NCBI GenBank assembly: GCA_002313635.1
Contig: DCBY01000005.1
Coordinates: forward strand, 1 to 51,012
Source: Fusobacteriia bacterium UBA1095
GTDB lineage: Bacteria; Fusobacteriota; Fusobacteriia; Bac17; UBA816
DNA: 51,012 nucleotides
Direction: 5' to 3'
The position numbers and the translations under genes were made by a program. Under the pieces are notes generated by a model. The model worked only from the letters and a program-made list of their open reading frames with translations, searched no databases and was not told the DNA's origin. Shown piece by piece: positions 1-9,200 of the stretch. Each line of letters starts with the position of its first letter. Position 1 is the first letter of the stretch.

Positions 1-2658
1 TGCTGCAAGCTGTAGAGGAATTTTACCATCTTCATTCCTATCCATTAATTTATTTTTCATAAACTTCAAGGCTATTTCCAAAGATTTCAATTTCCCACCT
101 TTACACAAATTGTGTAAGCTTATCCTTTTACTTAAGCTCTCTTTACTTACTTTCTTTTCCATATGCTCTAACTTTTCCATATACTCTAAACATTTGATAG
201 ATGAGAAATTAAGTGCTATCATAAAAAGGTTTTCCAAGTTAGTTACTTTATCGGCCACATGTTTCAATCCTTCAACAAAATCAAATTTGATAATATGATC
301 TATTACTCTTTTACCTGTGGTACCTACATATATATCTTCATTAACCTCTCTTAGACATTTTATCAATGAGGCTTCCTTTACTTCTTTGGTAGCTTTGTCA
401 GATGAGAGGACAAATTCTAAGTCACCGCCTTCTTCATCATATCCACATATATACTTGATAACATCATAGATTGTCTCTTTGTTAACTTCATTTTTAACTA
501 TTAAGTCAAAAATAGATTCACTATCATCATACTTTGTTAAGTCAAGCTCTTCTTTGCTAAGTATTTCTAGAGAAACTAAATGCTTTATGAAGTATGGATT
601 AGATTTTAAAATAGCAATGTGTAATGGCCTATCTCCATTAGAATCTGCTTGTACTAATAGATTTTTATTAAAACTTTTTAGGCTAATTGATTTGTTTAAA
701 AATTCTGAAGTAGCTATATCTTCATCTGTACACTCTGCCAAGTAATGAAATACATTTTTGTTATTTTCATCAACGGATGTTAGGTCTATGATGTTTTTGT
801 AGGCATACATATATTTGTCTTGTTCTAAATCTAGGCTATCATCTTTCCTATTAGCTAATCTAGCTTCTTGCTTCCTTTGCCTCAATATAGGTAAAGAAGG
901 GCCGTAAATCCTCTCTTGAGCATTTTGTACATCTTTTTCTCTAAGAAGGTCTAATAGCATTTGAGAGGAAACATAATCTTTTAGTTCTTTCTCATGGTTT
1001 AGTATATTTATTTTTTTAAGGGTACTTTGTTTATTTTCACCAAAAATTTCTTTTATTTTTTGAAAAAACATTTCTTTAACAGAAGATGACTGGTTATAAA
1101 AAGGGGAAGCCCCTTTGGAAATTAGAATTCTTACATTATTCATCAAACCTTCTCTCAAAGCTAGCCTTAAAGGAGATATACCCTCTGCATTTTCTGAATT
1201 ATCTACAAAGGAAGAAAAATTACTATTTTGTAGAAGAGATTTAATAACAGAACAATCTCTATTCATAGCTGCAAAGTGAAGTGAGGTGTAATTTCGTTTA
1301 TTAACATTTACTATTTTAGAAGAAATTTCTGAAAGAAAGTTTGCACTCAAATATTGAGAGGACTCAAGATAATCTAAATCAAATTCATCAAAGTAGTTAA
1401 GCGAAAAAAGCTTCTCCATAATGGGCACATTATAAAAGTGATTAGTTTTCAGGTGTTGTTTGATAAAATTGACAAGACCGTATTCCAATGATTTTATTAC
1501 AAGCAAATTGACAATTTCATTATTATTATTTTCTAGTGCCAATTTCAAAGATGTAATGCCTCTTTTACTTTTTATATCAATTTGTGCTTCATTGTCAATA
1601 AGGATTTGGCACACTTCTTTATGTCCATTTGCTGCTGCAACCATAAGTACTGTAGCTCCACTTTGATTTTTAGCATTAACATCAGCCCCATTGTCAATAA
1701 GCAACTGGCACACTTCTTTATGTCCATTTCTTGCTGCAATCATAAGTGCTGTCCACCCATCTTGCTTTTTAGCATTAACTTCAGCACCTTTGTCAATAAG
1801 TAACTGGCACACTTCTTTATGTTCATTTTCTGCTGCAACCATAAGTGCTGTCCACCCGTCTTCATCTACTGTATTAACATCAGCCCCATTGTCAATAAGG
1901 AATTGGCACACTTCTTTATGTCCATTTCGTGCTGCAATCATAAGTGCTGTACACTCACCATCTAATTTCTGATTAACATCTATTCCCAGACCTAATGAAT
2001 ATTTTATTGCTTCCTTCTTCCCTAACTTTGATACAGTAAAAAACAAATATTCTTTTATGTCTTTAATATCTTTTTCTAATATTTTTATTATATCTTTTAT
2101 AAAATCTATTTCACAATATATACATAATATCTCCGTCGTGTTTATTCTTCTTTGTTTAACATATCCCCTATCATCTTTATAATTATCCAAGAACCATCCC
2201 TTACTTTTCTTTTTTATTTCTTCTATTTTTCCACTCACGATCAATTTTTCTAATTCTGTTGCTTCTATTCTCTTTAAAAATTCTCTCTCCAATTCTCCAT
2301 CTTTATTTTCCTTCATCCTGGACAACAGTCTGTACTCTAGATTTTCTTGAGGTATTAGGTTGAATAGATCTATATTCCTCTTATTAACAATTCTTTCATA
2401 AACTTTGTAAGGATATTCACCTTTTTTGATCAATAACTGAACCGCTTCTATATTTTCAACTTCTATTGCTTCTTCTATTGGTAGTTTTCCATTTTCATCC
2501 TTATGAAAAGCAGTATACTTATTAACTTTTTCTAATATATCTTTGCTATTCTCATCATCTGGATTCCGTATCGCTTTACTTATATTTTCTCTTCTACATT
2601 TTTCTTTTATCTTTAAATTGTTAAATGTACAGCTAAACATAAATATCAAAAATAACAT
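1..2658 (-). CDS. Giant ankyrin-repeat protein paralog 1 (ANK1), 3'-truncated by the window edge, with lipobox-like N-terminus
   Basis: Manual translation: ATG at 2658 after an AAGGGG SD with an in-frame TAA upstream; open for 886 codons to position 1. Starts MLFLIFMFSCTFNNLKIKEKCRRENISKAIRNPDD. Has ANK repeats TALMIAARNGHKEVCQFLIDNGADVN and is co-linear with 3230..9484 (YTSLHFAAM, SSQMLLDLLR, RIYGPS, GKIPLQLAA). Absent from the ORF track because it has no stop in the window. Confidence 0.93.
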   Translation of the reverse strand, partial: MLFLIFMFSCTFNNLKIKEKCRRENISKAIRNPDDENSKDILEKVNKYTAFHKDENGKLPIEEAIEVENIEAVQLLIKKGEYPYKVYERIVNKRNIDLFNLIPQENLEYRLLSRMKENKDGELEREFLKRIEATELEKLIVSGKIEEIKKKSKGWFLDNYKDDRGYVKQRRINTTEILCIYCEIDFIKDIIKILEKDIKDIKEYLFFTVSKLGKKEAIKYSLGLGIDVNQKLDGECTALMIAARNGHKEVCQFLIDNGADVNTVDEDGWTALMVAAENEHKEVCQLLIDKGAEVNAKKQDGWTALMIAARNGHKEVCQLLIDNGADVNAKNQSGATVLMVAAANGHKEVCQILIDNEAQIDIKSKRGITSLKLALENNNNEIVNLLVIKSLEYGLVNFIKQHLKTNHFYNVPIMEKLFSLNYFDEFDLDYLESSQYLSANFLSEISSKIVNVNKRNYTSLHFAAMNRDCSVIKSLLQNSNFSSFVDNSENAEGISPLRLALREGLMNNVRILISKGASPFYNQSSSVKEMFFQKIKEIFGENKQSTLKKINILNHEKELKDYVSSQMLLDLLREKDVQNAQERIYGPSLPILRQRKQEARLANRKDDSLDLEQDKYMYAYKNIIDLTSVDENNKNVFHYLAECTDEDIATSEFLNKSISLKSFNKNLLVQADSNGDRPLHIAILKSNPYFIKHLVSLEILSKEELDLTKYDDSESIFDLIVKNEVNKETIYDVIKYICGYDEEGGDLEFVLSSDKATKEVKEASLIKCLREVNEDIYVGTTGKRVIDHIIKFDFVEGLKHVADKVTNLENLFMIALNFSSIKCLEYMEKLEHMEKKVSKESLSKRISLHNLCKGGKLKSLEIALKFMKNKLMDRNEDGKIPLQLAA
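1555..1950 (-). repeat. Four near-identical 99-bp tandem ankyrin-coding repeats in ANK1
   Basis: Repeat starts at 1950, 1851, 1752 and 1653, with a diverged fifth at 1554. Codons CAT AAA GAA GTG TGC and CTT ATT GAC are identical in all four copies. Confidence 0.95.
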
Positions 2659-2731
2659 GGTATTTACCCCTTATCCCAATACTCTCTGATTTTCTATAGA
2701 GAGATGAATTTTTTGAATATATCCAGTCACG

Positions 2732-2740
2732 ATTTTAACA
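2732..2740 (-). promoter_or_regulatory. Putative extended -10 promoter of ANK1
   Basis: TG-T-TAAAAT about 75 nt upstream of the ATG; same motif class as other promoters in the window. Confidence 0.45.
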
Positions 2741-2986
2741 TAATGTCACTGTAGTTTAAGCTTTTTTAATAAAAAAAGTTGGAGCTATAGATTTATAGAT
2801 ATCTATATAGCTATTTATTGGAATTAATTATCAATATTTATGGAATTATAATTATATAAGAGTTGATTTGATAAATAAATTAAGGGTAGACAAACAATAA
2901 AAAATATGCTTTCTTTTTTTAATGCTTTTTGAATGAAGTTTAATTTGGTGATTTTAACTGTTTACTTGGACCGTATAACTACAAAC

Positions 2987-3072
2987 TGGTACCGAGGGTG
3001 GGACTCGAACCCACACGAAGTTGCCTTCATCGGATTTTGAGTCCGACGCGTCTACCATTCCGCCACCACGGC
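2987..3072 (-). tRNA. tRNA-Leu(CAA), class II with long variable arm, encoded CCA
   Basis: GCCGTGGTGGCGGAATGGTAGACGCGTCGGACT-CAA-AATCCGATGAAGGCAACTTCGTGTGGGTTCGAGTCCCACCCTCGGTACCA; D-loop GG, T-loop TTCGA, discriminator A. Confidence 0.97.
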
Positions 3073-3081
3073 ATATAATCT

Positions 3082-3090
3082 ATTCTATCA
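3082..3090 (-). promoter_or_regulatory. Putative extended -10 promoter of tRNA-Leu
   Basis: TG-A-TAGAAT ending 9 nt before the mature 5' end. Confidence 0.55.
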
Positions 3091-3166
3091 TAATTATTAT
3101 TTTTGTTTTGAAATTTTGGTGATCTTTTTTATATATTTATAGCCTCTCTTAACATTTATCCAATCA

Positions 3167-3188
3167 TTGCTAAAATTCTTTTTAGCAA
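3167..3188. terminator. Inverted repeat downstream of ANK2 (possible terminator or stability hairpin)
   Basis: TTGCTAAAA-ttct-TTTTAGCAA (9-bp stem); a second 6-bp hairpin ATGTTG-tattt-CAACAT at 3212..3228. No clear U-tract. Confidence 0.4.
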
Positions 3189-3229
3189 CTGTTTATAATG
3201 TAAAAATTGTTATGTTGTATTTCAACATG

Positions 3230-6200
3230 TTAAGCTGCACTATGACCGTAGTTCTTAAGAGGGTATCTCTCTTTTTTCTTGTACCCTTCAACTCTTGTTG
3301 TCAATTGATCTCTTTTATCTATTATTCCTTTGTATAATTTTTTTAATTCATTTTCTAGCCCTTTATTCCAGGCTATCTCTCCATCTAAAACTTTCTCTGC
3401 TTTTTCTTTTATAAATGTTTTATATCTGCTGTATATATCGTTGTATTCTCCCAACTCTGTTAAAACGTTTTTTAGTTCACTCTCTAGAATTCTGTTGTAT
3501 TCTTTCATATCTTTGTCACTTAGCAGCTTTGCTTTTTGCCCCTCTAGCATTAGTTTTGTTATTGTTAAATTTTCTATCATTCCAAGCTCTTCTCTCACTT
3601 GTGAACGCACTTTGTTTTTCATCCGCTTCCATTTGTTTTCCATACCTTCTTGTAATTCTTTTACTGTCATCTCTTTGAATGATTCTAAACTTTCTACATA
3701 GTATTTCAGCAATTGTACATCCATCGGTATTTTTAGTTGAAGCACCCATTTTCCTTCTCTGTATACTTTATTTATATATATTATCTCTTCGTCACCCTCC
3801 CTTCTCTGTTTTGGTCTAACCATATTTACAAAAATATCTACCACCCAATCTGAACCACCTAATTTTGATATTGGCCCAGATAGCTTTAGAAAGTTTGCCA
3901 GCCTTTCTCGCCACTTGTCTATTGCTAAATCTTTTTTTGTTACAAATTTCACAAAACTCCTTAACAATGCTTCTACAAGATCTCTATCCCTTTTCTTTGC
4001 TCCTAGATATATTAGGTCACTCATAATTTTTTCTGATGAATTACTTCCACATTTCTCCAGTCCCATTAGCAAATTTTTTATTTTGCCACTCTCTATCATT
4101 TTTTCTGTTTTCTTCTTTATTTCTTCACGTAGCTTTTCTGTGTAGCTGTTTGATCTGCCATCTTTGATGTTATCTATTACTTTTATTACTTCTTCTAAAT
4201 ATTCCCCCCCTTTTTTCATCAGTATCTCACTTAGACATGAATTTCCATCTTCATTTTTTTCAAACACTTCTCCTATATCTCTCGTGTTTAGAGCCTTTCT
4301 TAACACGCCTACACTTCCTCCTACATTTACTAGTTCTAATGGCAATAATATTGTTCTACCTTCCACGTCAATTTTGTATCTGCCTATGTTATCTATCAAT
4401 TGTTCTGCTTTATCTATGAAATGTCTTTCATTGGCAGCCTTTTTTATTAATATCTTTAGTGCTTTCATTATATAAGCTGCTCTATTTTCTTTGTGTTTAG
4501 AATTAGAAAGTGCTCTTATTACCATATCTGAGCATTCACCTCCTTTTGTTATTCCTATCTCTAAAACACTTTCTGTTTGACTATCTACGTCTAATACATC
4601 TCCTAAGCTAAGCAAACAGGATAAAGAGTCTAGGTCGCCCTCTTTTATAGCTAGTCTATAGCTATTTATTTTATCAGGGCCTTCAACGTTCAATTCTGCA
4701 CCTATTTCTACTAATTTTCTTATTAACCCTACTTCACTTCTCTCTACCGCTAAGTGAATTGCATATCTTCCACTGCCAGATAAAGCCTTATTCACAGGTT
4801 TGCTTCCTTTTGCTATTATTTCTTGTAAATCCTTTTCATCTTTTATGGCTTTTTCATCTATTTCTCTGTCTTTTCTTCTTTTTTCTTCTCTCTCGTCCAT
4901 CTCTTTTGTATCTATTTTATAATTAGTTAATAATGTTACTAATTCTTCATTACCTATTTTTCTTGCTATGCCTATTGCATTACATTGTTCATAATTACCC
5001 ATACGTAATACCCATTGTTTATCAGCACCATTATCTAGAGCATACTTTATGAGGCTTTCTAAATTTTCTTCTTTACTTCTAGCCACGTATCTATGTAATA
5101 CAGGCTCTTCCTCTTTATTTGTTAATGATAGTAACAATGTTGATGTTATATCTCTTTTTATGGCATTTGTAAGTATTAATCTCACAATCCCTACTGATTT
5201 TGCCAAATGTAGAGGGGTATCTCCTTTATTATTTCTTGTTGTATACTTAACTTTGTTCCCCAAAAGTATCTTAAGTTGCTCAATGTTATCTTTCTCTACA
5301 ACTAAATGTAGAGGAGTGTTTCCATCTCTATCTTTGCAATTTACCATTCCACTTGCTATCAATTCTTTGACAAGCTTATTTTCATTCATCATTAATGACA
5401 TATGTATGCATTCGTCTGCAAAGTCTGCATCATATTCTCTTTTACATAATGCACATAGTAGTGAATATATGGTCCCCAATTTTTTTGCTCTTTCTTCATC
5501 ATTTTTGGGATGTAAATTCATTAAATAGTCTATTGCCCTATTGTTACTCAAGTCCCTTAAATCTAATTGACATCCTAACCTACTAAATAAATCTACTATG
5601 TGAGGACTTAGGCTGAATACTGCCGAGTGCATCAAGCTTTTTCCCAAATTGTCTGCATGCACTTGCATTTTCTTTATTTCACCCTCTTTGAAGTAAATAG
5701 GATTTATCGTGTCTTTTCTAAAGTCATAGCCTAATAATAGGGATACTACATCATCTTTGCCCAATTCTGACGCTACTTGTAGTGGTAGCTTTCCTTTCTC
5801 ATCTATGTCCATTAGTTGGTCTTTTACAAAATCTAATACTATTCTTAAAGAGGGTACTGCTCCAATTTTACATAGGTCATGTAAATCTATGTAATTTTTT
5901 GTTGCACCTTCTTTGGAAGCTTTTTTCAGGTCTGTTTTGCTCTCTTTTGCCTTTTTCTTCCCATTTATTATCTCCTCCTTATCTGCATCATTCAATTTCT
6001 TAATTAAGTACTCCATGCATTTTTGTGATGATGGTAAGTAACTTGCCATTATAAATAGCTTTTTTACATCTTTTACTTTGCCTAAGTTGAATATATAGAA
6101 TAATACTTCCACTAAATCTTCTGTTATTGTGATGTCCATTATGCTATTGCCATTCTCACCTTCATATACACTTTTTCCTGAATTGATTTTATCTATAAGA

Positions 6201-9200
6201 TCTTTTTCACTAGAATTAGAATATTTCAATATGTAATTAATTACAGCTATTTTTGTCTCCTTAGAGATTACTTCCTCCATAATTAGATTGAATATAGTTC
6301 TGTTTCCACATTGAAAATTTAATTCGTCTATTGTGAGTATATTAGAGGAGTTCACGTGCTGTATAAAGTATGGATTGGAGTTCAGAATAGCTACGTGTAT
6401 TGGCCTCATTCCATTGCTATCTTCTTGTATCAATAGCTTTACATCAAAACTGCTTAGACTCATCGCTCTGTTTAGAAACTCACTTGTAGGTATATCCTCT
6501 ATACACTTAGCCAAGTGATGAAATACATTCTTGCCCATATCATCAACAGTAGAAAGAACAATGATATCTTTGTATAGTTCTGAATGCTGCAGATCACTAG
6601 GACCGTATATTCTTTTTTGTGCATTTTCAAGATCTTCACTCCTAAGTAGATCAAGTAGCATTTGTGAAGAAATATAAGTTGTGAGTTCTTTATTACCATC
6701 CAAAATATTTCTGACTCCTCCTAGGAAGGTTTTATATAAAGGAGAAGCACCTTTTGAGAGAAGTATTTTGGCATTATCAACAAGGTCATGCTTTAGTGCT
6801 AATCTCAATGCAGTAATTTTATTCCTGTTTTCATTATTATCAATAAAGAGTGCAAATTTATCATTTTCAACTATAGATTTAAGAATACTAGAGTCTTCAA
6901 TCATAGATGCAAAATGAAGGGAAGTGTACCCTTTATTATTCTTATTTGAAATTTCAAAAAAGTTATTAGAAAGAAAGTCTAAACTTAGGCACTGAGAAGC
7001 TTTATAATAATCCAAGTGAAGTGTGTCGAAGTTATCGGCTAATATTATGGAAGGAATCAAATCTTCTTTATAGGGGTCCGCCAATGCTTGCTTAACAAAT
7101 TTTTTGGAGTGTTTGTCAATAGTTGCTCCATGCTTAATAAAAAGTTCAATTTTTTTATTATCGTTATGGTCATAATCTCTATGGTCATAATCTCTATATG
7201 TCGTATTTACTGCATATGACAAAGCTGTCCACCCTTTGTTATCTACTGAATTAACTTCTGCTCCATTCTCTAATAAGAATTTACAAGTCTCTACATACCC
7301 ATTTTCCATTGCTATAATTAATGCTGTTTGCTTTTCATTATTTAAAGCATCCACTTCTGCTCCCTTCTTAAGCAACAATCTGCATGCCTCTTCATGTCCA
7401 CCTTTTGCAGCATACATCAGGGCTGTCCAACCATCTTCATCTGATATGTTAACCTTTGCTTCCTTTTCTAATAACAATTTATATATATTTTCACGATCGG
7501 TTGTATTTATTTCTGCCTCTTTTAAAGCTATTTCCCCCATATTCTCTCTCTTCATTTTTCTCCATGACTGATCAAACAACATTAGGTCTAAAGAGTTTTG
7601 AGTATAGTTTAATGCATGTATTAATGCCGTCTTTCCAGTTCTATCTTTTATATCAATGTCTGCACCATTATTTATTAATAGCTTACATATTTGTTTTCGC
7701 CCATAATTTACTGCGTACATTAATGCAGTCTGACCACTTTCACTAATTACTGCATTAACTTTTGCACCATTTACTAATAGTAGTTTACATAAGTAATATT
7801 TACCTTGTTCAGTTGCTATCATTAATGCTGTCTTATCAAATGCAAAAATTGACTCCTCTCTATCATAAACTGTTTTATTTACATTTGCCCCTTTTGATAA
7901 TAATAGTTTACAGACATCTTCATTCCCATATTTTACCGCACACGTTAGTGCCGCCCATTTCTCGTCATATTCTTCTGATTCAATATTTGCACCGTTCTCT
8001 AATAGTAGTTCACATACATCCTTGAATCCATTTATTGCAGTGAGTATCAATGCTGTCCATCCTTTATTATCTACTGAATTAACTTCTGCTCCATTCTCTA
8101 ACAACAATTTACACACATCTTCATGACCATTTTCTGCTGCATATATTAATGCTGTTCTACCACTTTTATCCTTTGTATTGGCCTTACCTCCATTCTCTAA
8201 CAACAATTTACACACATCTTCATGACCATTTTCTGCTGCGTGTATTAATACTGTTTTTTCTAAAGGTTCTTCCCCTATCAAAAATGAATAAGTTACTATT
8301 CCATCTGACATTTCTTCTATGGAATTAGGATCTAAGGTATCATTTTTTTTTAGCAGTAGTTCACAAACCTCTTTATGACCTCTTGCAGCAGCCATCGTAA
8401 ATGCTATTTTGTCTGTGGCTTTCTCATACTCTGTTGCTTCATGAACTCCTTCTCTCTCCTTCAAAAATAGATCACATACCTCCTTGAATCCATTTCTTGC
8501 TGCTAATATTAATGGAGTCCAACCTAGATAGTTTTGAATATCTATTTTTGCTCCTTTTGCTAAAAGTAGCTTACATACCTTTTCTTGTCCATTTTTTGCT
8601 GCAAACATTAGTGCTGTATGCTGTTTGGTATTATCTTTAGCATTTACGTCTGCGCCCTTACTTAATAACAAAGTACATATATCTTCATGACCATTTTCTG
8701 CTGCACACATTAGCCCTGTTCTATCAGTTCCCCACCTGCACTTTACGGATGTCTCTACTCCATTTGGTAGTAATGCTTGACATGTCTGTAGTAGGTACTG
8801 TACTAACTTTTTGTCTCCTATTGCTGATGCTGTAACTAGAACATACTCTGCTATATCCTTTTTCCTTGATTTTGCCATTTTCATTATTTTTTCTATTACT
8901 GACTCTTCTCCGTAAATACATAAAATTTCTGCTGTAGATATTTCTCTGTCACGTAATTCTGCCTTCTCTTTGTAATGTTCTTCTATCCACTTTTCATCCT
9001 GTTTCTCTATTTCAGCAATATTTCCTTCCACTATTAATCTTTCTAGCTCTGTTGCACTTATCCTTTTCATGAATTCATTTTCTAAATTTTTATATTTACA
9101 TTCTTTTATTTTTAATAGTAATTTATAATCAAGATCACCTAACGATATTAGATTGAACATTTCTACATTTTGTGTTTCTAATATTTTTTTGTATATCTGT

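Noticed and set aside
1460-1972. Repetitive plus-strand ORFs and a CRISPR-like periodicity
   Set aside because: The 99-bp period is an in-frame ankyrin repeat on the minus strand; there are no unique spacers or cas genes.
1555-8719. Diversity-generating retroelement explanation for repeat variation
   Set aside because: No reverse transcriptase or non-coding template repeat in the window, and mismatches are not restricted to adenines.
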